A DNA stretch of 64,000 nucleotides from Macrostomum lignano (taxonomy: Eukaryota), in NCBI GenBank assembly GCA_002269645.1, contig NIVC01001558.1, positions 1 to 64,000 of the forward strand, given 5' to 3'. Position 1 is the stretch's first letter, and the number at the start of each line of letters is the position of its first letter. The translations under genes and the position numbers were made by a program. Shown in pieces: positions 1 through 12,564 of this stretch. The notes beneath the pieces were generated by a model, which searched no databases, was not told the DNA's origin, and worked only from the letters and a program-made list of their open reading frames with translations.

Positions 1-856
1 GTCAGTCTTTAGTATAGGCTCTCGTGTCATCTTTAGTAATCGGCTCTCGTGTCAGTCTTTAGTATCAGGCTCTCGTGTCAGTCTTTAGTATCAGGGCTCT
101 CGTGTCAGTCTTTAGTATCAGGCTCTCTGTCGGAGTCTTTATATCAGGCTCGTGTCAGTCTTATATCAGGCTCTCGTGTCAGTCTTTAGTATCAGGCTCT
201 CGTGTCAGTCTTTAGTATCAGGCTCTCGTGTCAGTCTTTAGTATCAGGCTCTCGTGTCAGTCTTAGTATCGGGCTCTCGTGTCAGTCTTTAGTATCGGGC
301 TCTCGTGTCAGTCTTTAGTATCAGGCTCCTCGTTCAGTCTTTAGTATCAGGCTCCTCGTCAGTCTTTAGTATCTGGCTCCTCGTGTCATCTTTAGTATCG
401 GCTCTCGTGTCAGTCTTTAGTATCAGGCTCTCGTGTCAGTCTTTAGTATCTGGCTCTCGTGTCAGTCTTTAGTATCGGCTCTCGTGTCAGTCTTTAGTAT
501 CAGGCTCCTCGTATCAGTCTTTAGTATCTGGCTCTCGTGTCAGTCTTTAGTATCTGCTCTCGTGTCAGTCTTAGTATCGGCTCTCAGTCTTAGTATCGGC
601 TCTCGTGTCAGTCTTTAGTATCGGCTCTCGTGTCAGTCTTTAGTATCAGGCTCTCGTGTCAGTCTTTAGTATCGGCTCTCGTGTCAGTCTTTAGTATCAG
701 GCTCCTCGGTCAGTATCAGCTCGTGTCAGTCCTTTGTATCGGGCTCTCAATGTCAGTCTTTAGTATCAGGCTCCTCGTGTCAGTCTTTAGTATCAGGCTG
801 TCGTGTCATGCTCTTCGTGTCAGGCTCTTGTGTCAGACACTTCGTATCAGGATCTA
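1..856. repeat. ~26-bp minisatellite (GTCAGTCTTTAGTATCAGGCTCTCGT), runs off the window start
   Basis: Direct tandem copies with small indels; it explains ORFs 433..618 and 630..857. Confidence 0.95.
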
Positions 857-1312
857 GTGTTATGCTCAGGCACTTGTCCCTGGCCAATGCAACAACTGGC
901 GCAATGATCTAGAAGACTAAACAAAGATACCGTCGTTGGATGCTTGTACAACACTTCCATTACTCTGATGCTGAGATGCAACTCTCATTAACAGACTGAC
1001 GCGAGAATACGAGAAATATAGCTATTTTTTCTCGTCACAGCTAGGTGATGTGAATGTTTTCGACTTCGCTGATTAAGTTAATTAAGGTGCTGAGACGAAG
1101 CTGCGGGGGATTAGGGGCTGAAATGACAAGACAGACGTCACAAATCAGATTTTGACATCGCAAAGGTTAAATTAATTTTGTGTACTCACAAGACGGATGT
1201 TTTTCTGCTTTCAAGGTAACAGCATGTATATGTCTAATTATATTCGTATCTATCTATACAGGAGTATGCTCAGGTTCACCGAAATTCAGACATTTATCCC
1301 GATAGACAAAGT

Positions 1313-1400
1313 GGGTCGTAGCCTAGTAGTCTAGCGCGGAGCTCTTATGTACCAACGGCCACAAACTCGATTCCAAGTGCAGTCACATTTATTTGGATCT
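1313..1400 (+). mobile_element. Degenerate tRNA-derived SINE head
   Basis: A-box-like TAGCCTAGTAGT and B-box-like TCGATTCC; TCGATTCCAAGTGCAGTCACATT aligns with the better copy at ~6500 (TCGATTCCGAGCGCGGCCGCATT) by transitions only. Confidence 0.45.
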
Positions 1401-2775
1401 GCTCGCGCAATTACGAGCTAATGCCCTTGAAGACACAGTGAAGTTTACGTGCCTATCGATAAATAAAGTTAGGGCCGCTGTACACTCCTGTGTGAGTGTG
1501 TGCCTGTGTCTATTCCAGTTGACGGAGTCCTGAAAGACACTAACAAAATTGTAAATTCTCTTTAAGCTGAACTCTAAAAATATCACACACGATGTACTGA
1601 TGGCCATTTAAAGCCATCGCTTTTTTAATAAGAAATTCAGTAAACACATATTGCATGCAAAGCTTGTGAGCTAAATGCAGCTCCTCCTCTGAAGCATGCT
1701 TGAGCATTGCCAGATGGGTTGTATTGAAAGGATTTCAACGTGGGTGGGGATCATAAAGCGAAACAGTGAGAATCGAAAGCCCCTATTTAGAGCACAGCTT
1801 CGGGTAAATCTCCAGCGCGTCAGTCGAATTTCTATTTGACACCCGAAAGGTGATGCCGAGCTGCCAGCCTTGAATGCTGCGACAGCGAGCTGAGCACCGG
1901 GTCATTAATTTCTGCTTTTCAAACAAGGCATTTCTTGCATACTGCCGCAGTCGAGCGCTCATTATCCGCAGGAGCTGGAACGCAGGAGATGGTGATCCAA
2001 TTAATGAGAGTGACAATTAAGCAGAATTTCAGTTTTGCTGCATGAATAAGTTAATGACAGAAATAAGCATGCAACTAATGAATAAAATATGCAGTAATAG
2101 CATAACTAACAGGACTGCGGACATGAACGTCAAGCATTTTCTAGCTGGGAAATCTTTTTTTGATTCAAGAAGATTAAAAAGTCTCGATTCTATTAGGCAT
2201 TGCATCTGTGCAACATTTTGCAGCAAAGTCCGACATCTAAGCCAAGGCCTAGGGCATAGCGGCACAAGTGCGCCTTGGGCTCTAAGGAGCGTGACTCTGT
2301 CACACTTCGATCGAGCTAATATGAGCTCAGCGCAGTAAAGTATGAGAGACTACGACGGCAAGGCAAAGCAAAGCAAAACACCAGATAATGCTCGACCCTC
2401 AACTGGTATCTGAGGGCCTTCAGAACACTTCGTTGAGCAACAGGCCTGTCCCATTTAGACTCGCCAACCAATAGAATCTCAGCTGCGACTGCACCCATAG
2501 CGCCATTGGTCCAGTCGTGGCCTCAGCTGTTTGGGAGTGTCGGGCACAACTGCAGCAGCATGAGACCCTCCGCATCTCCCTCTCTCTCCTCTCCTCCTGT
2601 GTTGACAAATCGCAGAGGTAACGGCTGAGAGCGCGGCGAAGATATAGAGAGACACTTGCAAAGGCGAAAGGACGCAGAACTCTATCAACCAAGACTGGCA
2701 AGGATACACGCACTGTTTAAATACCGTTCGATACCAAATTGTCGCCATACAAAAGCAACCGTGCGTCCTCTAGCC

Positions 2776-4013
2776 ATGCAGCCGACGCTAACACCACAGC
2801 GAGTGCGTGACAACTGCTTGACAGGTACAATGGCAGCATGACGGATATGCACATGCAACTGATACCCTACGCTGTGTACACTAGCCGGCCTTGATCCCTA
2901 TATGGGTTATTATCGGGTGCCGGGGGCGGTGCTCAGCTTCCTGGTTTGGAGCAGCCGGCGCATGCGTTCCTCATCAGCGTGTACCTGTGCGCCCTGGCCA
3001 TCCTGGACTGTGCCTTCCTGCTGCTGTGCAATTCCCCTACTACCTGTACATGCACTTCGAAGTTAAAATCCTTCGACCGGGCACGTGTCACGCATTCCCA
3101 GCTATCAACATGTGGTTGCAGTACCTGTCCCCGCTGCTCACTCTCGCTTTACCATCGAGCGCTACATTAGCATTTGCCATCCGTTCAAACGGGACCGGCT
3201 GTGCACCGTGCGGCGAGCTTTGATTGTCACCGGCTGCATGACCGCCAGCTGCCTAGCGATGGGTCTGGTGCAGGTGAACTTCTATCAATACAGCGAGGAC
3301 GGCTGCTCGGAAGATCCGCGCATATTCGACCCGACCTCGCTGCAGAGCCGGGTGTACAACGGCTGGACGAAGTCCACCGAAGTGATCTTCTTCGCCGTGG
3401 TGCCTCTGTCCATCCTGTTGTTCAACACCTCGTGCTGATCCAGGCTCGCCGGGTCATGGAGAAACAGGTTGGCGGCAGCCGTCAGAGCAAGGGCAAGTCG
3501 GCCGCCACCACTGTGACCCTGCTGACGGTGTCGTTCTACCAGATTGGCGCGTGCTCCCGTCACCATTCTGCTGTTTGTCGCATCCACGTTTACAGCAGCA
3601 ACCTGAGCGTGCCATGCGACCAGCCGGACTCTCAGCTGATCCAGCTGCCCAACATCCGGCTGTTTGTAACCTACCTGGCTGTCAACAAGATCGTGGAGAG
3701 CCTGTCGGTTAGTCACTACGCCATGAAATTCTTCATCTACCTGTTGACTGGCAGCATGTTCCGGACTCAGCTGCTGTCTTGCTCAGCTCCTGCCTGCCCT
3801 GCCTGCCGCCTGAGAGGGGCGCAGAGAGCAACACCGCGGAGCTCCAGCTGCCGGTACACCGCACCTCGGAGGAGCGGCGGCGATGGCGTCGGAGGCAGAC
3901 TGGCGGTGACGCCATCAACGAAGACGGCGACGAGAGGCATCCAGTCAGCTGGCGCTCATGGCCGGCCCGCCGCTGGCACAGGCAATGGTGAAATCATATC
4001 TCAGCATGCATGA
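2776..4013 (+). CDS. Class A (rhodopsin-like) peptide GPCR, FMRFamide/myosuppressin-receptor-like; reading frame broken by several 1-nt indels
   Basis: Pieces in successive frames: TM2 SVYLCALAILDCAFLL (ORF 2946), TM3 then TIERYISICHPF (ORFs 2891/3085), TM5 EVIFFAVVPLSILLFN, TM7 SHYAMKFFIYLLTGSMFR (ORF 3174). Start position uncertain. Confidence 0.8.
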
Positions 4014-5149
4014 GGCCGGTTATTAGCAAAGGTCACAAAGTGCAGGTGGCCAGTTTGCAGCCAGAAATTTTAATTCCTCTAACAAGAACAAAACCACTTG
4101 CTTCGTGAATAATTGTTGTTTTTGTTGTTGCTGTTGTTGTTGTAAAAGAGCTAGATGCATTGTTTCTTTAGAATTTCACACAACAACGCACGATTTGAGG
4201 TGAGGGCGAGACGCTGTCGCGCTCATGCGCAACGAACATGTCCAGCTTCACTGTCTCCATTCTCCGACTAAACCACAGCTGATATTGAGCTGGAAAATTG
4301 TACTGAATTCTGCTTGCCCCGAGCCCAAGACTGACGCACACTATAGATAATAACATTGATTTCATAGTAGGTGCACCTAAAGTTGTAGATATGAGACCAA
4401 AATACACCTCTTTCTGTAGTTCAAAGTTAAACATATTTGTTATACTGGCTTTGTATCTTTGTTTGGTTACAGTGACTCTCAAACACTGACAATTCTTTCG
4501 CTACAATACTCCATGACTGCTTTGTCTTGATTGCTTTATGAAACGAAGCAACCGGAGCACCTGGGGGAGGGGCAGTCAGTAAATGCGGTTTATTCATTAC
4601 TATCATGCAGATAGTCTGTACTGCGAACCATTGAAGCATGGAATCATGAAATTCAAGGTAAGGGGATACAGGGGTGACAGTTTCTTTTCCTTTGAATTTC
4701 GCGCTAGACAGGTGGAGTGAACGGGGAAAGACGCCAGTCCCTTGAATTCTTCACTAGACAGGTGGAGTGAACGGGGAAAATTTCCAGTCCTCAAATGTTT
4801 TCTTCTCAATAAAAGCCCATATTGAAAGTGAGATTCTCCAGAGAAAAAGGGGATTAAAACTTCGTAGCTGCCCATGGGCATCAGGTTTCTCGGAATTCCT
4901 CCAGCCACCCAAGCAGTCAAACGATGAAGGAAAGAATTTGGCATTGCTACATGTTGGGCTCCGAAGTTAGCCGTCAATAATATGAATTGCTGGCTTAGAA
5001 AGTTAAACAAATGGGAATGAATCAATACTGTCAATAGCGATTGCGACTCAATGCTGCTTACTAGCTCTGTGTAAAGTGACTTCGGTAAGGCTGCCGCATC
5101 TCAGATTCCATCTGCTGATTCCAATGTCACACTCTTAAGCATTTCTACG

Positions 5150-5355
5150 AGTGTTTGATTCCAATGTCTCTGCAGTCCTGAGTCGATCTGTTCGATACAA
5201 TGTCCAATGTCCCGATGTCCGATGCCTCAACGTTCAAATGTCCCAATATCCCAATTTCCAATGTCCCAAAGTCGAATGTCCCAACGTCCAATATCCAAAT
5301 ATCCAATGTTCAATGTCCCTAGGTCCCAATTTCCAATATTCCAATGTCCAATAAC
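5150..5355. repeat. Degenerate short-period (T)CCAATG(TC) low-complexity repeat
   Basis: Many CCAATG/CCAATA/CCAATT units in ~200 bp. Confidence 0.75.
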
Positions 5356-6289
5356 CAGTGGGTTGACTGACGGCTGTTAATTCTCAGATTGCAGTAGTTT
5401 TTGTGCAGCAGATGTTTCCCAGAATCACATCGGTGGTGAAAATTGGTTCAATATAAAAACTGTCTTCAGCATTGTAAATGATAAGAGCTCGCATTGAGCT
5501 CTAGATCGTTACATTTGCCGGCACTGTAATGCGACAGAGGCAACTAGGCGATTAATGCAGCTACTATCGAAGTGAGGCAGAACTGTCCCAATATGATGAT
5601 TAAATTACAAGCTGTTTCAGAACGGCTATGATAAAATCTAATTGAATTGTTAATATTGTTTTATAAATTACACTAATCGCTTTAATTAATAGACAGGAAC
5701 GCAACAGACTAAACTCTTATAGGGTACGAATCTGTAAATGCATGCTTCTATCCACAATTATCAGTTCGGGATACTAGTATGCCTAATATTAACTGTATCA
5801 AATTTCAACCAGCTTAAAAGATAAAGTTGCTTGTAAAACAAATTCTGCCGCAAATTCTCTTTGATGTCTGGATGATAAAAATGCAAGAATGCGAATCCAA
5901 GTTATCTAACGTTTAGCTGCGGCGGCATATGCAGCCAGATGCCCAGACGTAGAGCTCCACCAAGGCGCTGACTCCTGATATTGATTCCAGCAGTTGCTCC
6001 CCGCTAATGTACATTTACCCCAATGTACAACTTTGATCAAGTGACTTATTTTCCTACCCTTATTATCGATCTAGCTTTCCTTTTCTTTGCATTAGCGGAA
6101 TTAAGTGTGAATTAATGACATCCGTGCTGACAAAATAATACATGTACATAAATGATTATCCGGTGTACAATAATGTACTTGCTTAGTATGCACTGTATGT
6201 ACATGTATCCTATAGTTTGTAGAATGTATGTTTAAAGACAGTTGAATAATTGCAAAAAGCTACCATTGCCGGTATGTCTGGGAAAAAAT

Positions 6290-6572
6290 TATAATGCAAT
6301 GCCTTCGGCGACATCTTGACCCACAACACAACAGTGCAGAAGCAATTCCACTCATTCCACTGACTTCTGAGCACACCCACCACACGTTCTCAAAGTCAGG
6401 CATGTACACTCTCTGCGCCTTGGGGGTTGGCCCTCATGAGTGCGAAATCGCTCGACAACCCCTGTTCAAATCTTTGTGCACAAGCCCGGTTGAAATGAAT
6501 GCGGCCGCGCTCGGAATCGAACGTATGGCTAAGAGTCCAAGACGTGTTTACCACTGAGCTGCTATGCCCCTC
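6290..6572 (-). mobile_element. tRNA-derived SINE
   Basis: Minus strand GGGGCATAGCAGCTCAGTGGTAAACACG (A box) ... GTTCGATTCC (B box) with no closable acceptor stem; a related copy lies at 1313. The 3' boundary is approximate. Confidence 0.55.
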
Positions 6573-9500
6573 GCATATACGGATTGGCAAATGCAAATTA
6601 GACTGGCACAAATGGAACGACAGACCTTTAAATATACGAGTAGGAAGTAGTGAGTACAGCTGAGCACTGATAGAAACAGAGGTTGCTAATGCGAGCTGGC
6701 TGGTAGAAATGCGAGTAAAAATGGCCTTTCTAAAAGGGGTCAAGACTCCGCGCCACATCCGCGCCGTCTGAAGCCTCCCCCCCCGGGGGCTGCGAATTTA
6801 TTGATACAAGGCGACTCGAGCATATGAGGGGACCGCCTTGTCAGTCTGTTTATCTCCCGCGGCCAAAAACCGAAACCCCACTTCGGCATATAGCTCGTAT
6901 AGCTTATATTCGCGCGATTGGTTCCAGGCCTGTCCTGGAAATGCGATACATGTTTATGAGACTAGAATTGTGTTATACGACTCAATTTCCGTTTGGTAGT
7001 GCAACGATTGTTTTTTCGGCGACGACCATTTTGACAGCTCAGTAGATGCGGATATTAACACACTTAAGTGTCTATTGAGCAATGAGCGGTTTTATTCTCT
7101 AGCTCACTGGCACAAGCGCGCAGGCTCTGGACTGGCAAAAAGGTAAACGTTGGCATAAACGCCGCACCGGCGCTGTCAATCTTTGGCACAAGCGCGCAGG
7201 CAAATGACGGCAGCCAGAGTCAGCAGTGCTCATTATCGCAACACATTTATTTGCTCAATTCCCCGAAGCGCTTCACTGCGCTCACTCAGCAGGAGTCTTC
7301 TCTGGCAATACCGCTGACGTTTCCGTTTGCTTGTGCAGGACTGGTGCTCATGAGGCTTTAGAACAATTTAAGATACAATTTTAACAAGTGATCAACTGCA
7401 TTACACACTACGTGGCTTCGTACATGTATTAATTAAAGTTGGCAAGCATTTTTGGACACATCGAGAGGAACAGGTAGACCGGGTCACCTCGGTTTGAACG
7501 AGATGTTTTCGCCAGTTCCACATTTGCTAAGCACTGCAGCGGACAAATGCGAAGAAAGCCATGCAAAGCCTATAACTAGGTTTGTTGCTGCTCAGTAATG
7601 CAGCAACGAATTTTTTAAGTTAATAGTTAAGTTAATGATTTTTTTAACTTGTGCAGGGCTGCGCAAATAAACTCGTTTTAAGGTTTCCATCAAATTCAAA
7701 CTTCCACACGCTTCGTCCCCCCTCCCCCTTCCATTCTACTCTTGCAAAGAAAGAGTAGAAGACTGACAGAGAGGCTTCTTGTGCTCCAGGAGTGTATTGC
7801 TCATGCATGCGCAAGTTTTTTTGCACACTGAGCCCGGAGCATTGCTAACTGTCCCGCACAACCGGTTCAGCAAGCACACTGCAGCTTACTCCGCAAGGCC
7901 TTTCTTTGTTCATTATTGCTGAACAGTACTCCGACAGGCGAATATCAAAATTTCAGGCCAGGCCACACGGCAAGGCCTGCTGCTGATGCTGTCTGGTGGG
8001 CACAAACAGAAGAAAATAGAACAGAAGAAGATAAGTCAATAATAGATCCAGCATGGCTGCATCAATGTTTGCCAACACTTCTGTAGAGGCCTTCGCATCG
8101 CAGAGCTTAATACACAAGATAATTGCTTTCAGAATTTTCAAGGTATTGTACTGGTATGGGAGCACTTGAAGGACCTCACAATGAGCCAGTTGTCAACTGG
8201 AAGAGCAGCAAAGCTGGATGGCCAAGTCAATAATATTCTCATTTTTCTCATTCTACTCGGTGTTGACTGTACAAGCCCGGCCACTTGCAGAGCGGTCCGA
8301 TTCAATTGACTTCGATTTTCTCCTCAGATGCGCGACAGCCTCGCCATCAATCCGCGAGCAGCCAAACTTTTGCTCTGTGGCGGCCTCATTTCTCCCCATC
8401 ACTCTTCCACTATGCTTGCCTGTCACTTCATCATGACGACTTAGCGGGTCAACTCCATTTTTCCACTTTCATATTGCGGCCTGTTTTCTCTACCGATTCA
8501 GCCAAATTTAATCACTACACTCGGTGCTATAGCGAGCCCTCTTCACCAGCCATCAACAACGACTTGCATATGGCCAATCGATGCTTGAGAATTGACAGAC
8601 AGGTCCACCACGGCTACCATGCGTCAATTGCCGTCACATACACACACGGATAGGAGGAATTGAGTGCCAGGTAAACTACGAGTATGAACGCGAATTTTAG
8701 ATTAAAATTTGTAGCTACTAAATAATTAATTTATTGCAGCAGAATCGATAATCGTGCCCAGTAAAGTTTGACCTTACGAGGAATAGCGCGACAAAATTCA
8801 GTCAATAATCTTCCCTAGCATTTAGAAGAAAGGCATATAAAGTGATGTCCGCTTAAATAAGCTTAATTGGCGATCTAGCGCTACATAATCAGGCAATTTC
8901 TCCTTATCCCAAAGGAATAATGCAAAAATGCACAATGCGCAGGACACCAATGCCTAACAAGCAGAATAGAAAGCCAACTAATTGACTTTTCGTGTGCAGC
9001 CGCGGTGGGTCGAGCAGGAAGAGGAAGAATGAAACCTGGAGCTGGGATATCACTGACACTTGATCTTCAGGGCATCCATGCTGACGCGCCATTCAAAGTT
9101 AACGAAGCACGTGACTGATAAGTACAATGATAGGAAATTCGTAAACAATCTGAATGAGGCCAGCGGTGTGCTTTGGTGTGCGACAATAAAGCTGGCTTAT
9201 TTCTGTTACACTACGACATTTGTTCAGCACATTAAGCTGTAAAGCACTTAACAGCAGAGAGGTGTTTGCGGTAATTCAAGTCTGGGGAGGCGATAAATCG
9301 GATCCAGACTCCTCGTTTGTGGATGATATATTGACGAGTTAAGCCTGGGATCAAAGCAGTGCGCACTCACAGTTAACAGGAACCTCTAATCCGCAAGGGC
9401 GGGCATAAATTGTAGCAATTATTCAGTGCTGACTTGAATCTGCATGAATTCACGAAACCTCTCTCGCAACAGAGACTAACAGCTACTCGACCTGTAGGCA

Positions 9501-12500
9501 CATTATAGAGCGTATGACAAAACTAATGAGCAAGATCGACTGATGATCCTACCTGGCTCACGTATCGAAAAAAGCTTACTGTTAATTCTTAAATTCTTAG
9601 TTAAGTACTTGAAAAGTTTGTACTAGCAAGTGCTGGCAATACTTATTGTAAGCCGCTAAGCCACTGCATCCGTGACGCATAGCCTTCACTCAGACAATCA
9701 TCAAATTTAATATTTCGTGAAGCTTTGATTTGTCAACTTGAAAAAGTACTTTGCATCTGTTTTCTACCGTTATAGTTTCTTCGAATATACGAACTCATCA
9801 GAATATATGGCTTGGCAGGATTCAGTAACGATCAATTAGACGATCGAAGGAACAAGAAATGATAGGTTGTCAGCTCTCTTTTTCTGCTTTATTTTTTTCG
9901 AGAAAGAAAGATAAGCCGATGAGATGGAGGAGGCGAACTTATTTAGCTTTAGGCCACTCGGCAAGGCCGGGAGCCGAGCTGCAGCAGCTGATTACTGCAA
10001 TGCTAATACTTCGGTGCAGTTGCATTAATTAATTTATGGTGCAGGGCGCCAAGATTTTTTAACGGGGAAAGTTTTTTGTCTCATCAGCATTGAAAGTGGT
10101 TAAGCTGCTTATGACTAAAAATAACCAGGCTTGACGACGAACAAACGATTTCAAGAACGAACTAGAGCCGGTGGGGCTGCCAGGAAACTGCAAGCCTACA
10201 CAATCTTTCATTTTCTCTCTTGCTTGAAGGCTTTAGTCATTCACAGTTGCAAGGGATTTAGTTCCATTACCCACTGACAGCGTGCATTGGTTAGGATATA
10301 ATGCATCGAACAGTCTGAAAGGCACACGAATTGACCGAATCGTGTGCCTCACATTGCAGCAAATGTGAGGGCGCACGAGTCGTATTTTTCGCTTATCTGT
10401 GCGAATGCCGCCGCGGTGCAGTTATTCAGATGGATTGAGGATTTCGAGCGAGGGGACATGTCTTGCGAGGCTGCAGACGCAGCCGGCTGATACATTCAGC
10501 TGTGTGGCGGCATCGCACGCCCTCAGCACATGGCGGCCATGAGGAGAAGCCTTCCCATAGTCGTGTTTACGCGGTGTTTACGCTGCCTAAACCTCTCCCT
10601 ATCCTGCTGCCATGCGTAGCGCAAGTCACTACTATCTGGCGATCCAGCGCAGCGTTATATACGGCTGGTGCTGTAGCTCTAGCATCTGCATTACGAACGT
10701 ACACTTAATGCAACTCCAGTTGTGCCAGAAGTCTGGCCAATAAAAAAACTATTCCAAACGAAGTATCTAATTCACAGAACCGCACGGATTCACATCGATG
10801 CCACTAGAAACAGAAACCAACCGAGAGAGTCCTTCAGAAACAGGCATTCGGCATTGAGAGTTGAAACTCATGTGCAGCGGAGATCGCCAAAGACCACAAA
10901 AAGCCGGGTCAATAAGAATGACAAGCTCCAATTGACCCGACCGGCAGGCAGACACGACTATCCAAGCGGAGCAGGCGAAGGCAGAGAGAGGCCCGTCTGC
11001 TTTAACCAGCCCTGCGGGCGATTCTCGGCGGATCAGCTCTGTGAAAGATTGAATTATCTGACAGACACCACAGGCCGTGAGTAGCTATAATATAAGTTCT
11101 GTTTCGCTTTAATGCACTTCAGCAGCAGCATCTTTGTGCACACGCGAGCAGCTGCCAATGCACTTTTAGCTCCGTTGCTTGCTTGCGCCTGCACAAAAAT
11201 CATATCCATTCTCGAGTCGCTAGTCTGATTGAATCTATGAACTTCTATGAGTGGTAGAATTACAGGTGTTGATAGAACAGGATAAAAGGCTTGATGGTGT
11301 GTCGATGCTTTTCCTAATATTTTTATTTGAATAAATTATCAAAGCAACGTGATTTTACACAACCGTAGAATTATTATTAAGATAAATAACCCAAGCTAAT
11401 TAGCAATTCATAACTGAGCCCACAGATACTAGAATAATAAGGCAACACAGACTGTGCCTTAAACAAAAGCGTCTGTTACCTGGGCTATAATTCAATCCAA
11501 CACAGATAGATAGATAGATAGGTTCATTGATTGATTGATATGTAGATAGTTTATCTGTCTTCTATCTATCTATTTATCTACATATCTATCCCCGAACGTA
11601 GCTCCCAACGCTTTACTCTCTAATTACTAAATCTAAAATGCAAAGATAATGAGCAAGATAAAACATCACAGTACATGTGCCACTTGGTGAGTCAAATTGT
11701 GTGAAGAGTGTCCGATTGCAATAGTTAATAGTAGTGTGAAATTTTGTCCAGATCAAAATGCAACAACCTGTTTATTGTAGCTTGATGCTTGCTGACTTAA
11801 ATTATGCATTTTTATGCCTCGCCTTGCTTTAATAATGGTAATAAAATAGAGATTTTGCATGGCATGACGGTTAATAAATTTTTGAGCTTGCACTCTAGCC
11901 AGAACAAAAAAATGTTTAGACGCACAGTCTGCCTACTTTAGCAAATAAACCTGAAGTAGTCAGATAAGAAAATGCGGGAGCTAAATAGGCTGTGTGTTGC
12001 AAAATAAAATATAATTAAAAGTATAAACAATAGACGCAGACAAAAACTAGGTACGAAAAAGTTCAGTGAAAGTTTCACCCAAATAGCACCAACTAAAATA
12101 CAGCCGAAAATGCACAGAAGAAAACAATATAGAGAATAGTTGGAGCACATCGTATTAGAACAGGATTGAAGTTGTTTTCTTTATTAATTTAGGTTTGAGT
12201 TTAATGTATATATACATGTATATGTGAGATCATAAATAGGCCAAGTTAGATGACAGTATGAAGGACAATATAAATACATTGAACTGCAAGCTCGCAGTAA
12301 GCGGTTTCACAAGCTAAACAGACTGTGTATGAAAAATGCAACCCAAATGAACGGAAATGTTCAGCCAAATAAGATTTGAGCCTAACCCGCTTGGACAGAC
12401 TGGGAAGATAAAAAATTGGAATATTTACTAAGATAAAGTGAACAAAAGTATTAATAATTTTATAACTAATAATGCACACAAGATTGGCAGGTATATAGTA

Positions 12501-12564
12501 GTAGAATAGAGTAAAATATATTGCAAGCCCAACACAAAGCACCTACTACTTTAAGTAGCTTATA

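Noticed and set aside
9530-9580. Hammerhead-like CTGATGA...GAAA
   Set aside because: Stem II cannot close (T opposite C) and no stems I or III were found.
7700-11100. Short ORFs (7953, 8218, 8285, 10463, 10722)
   Set aside because: No recognisable motifs, splice structure or coding-like bias.
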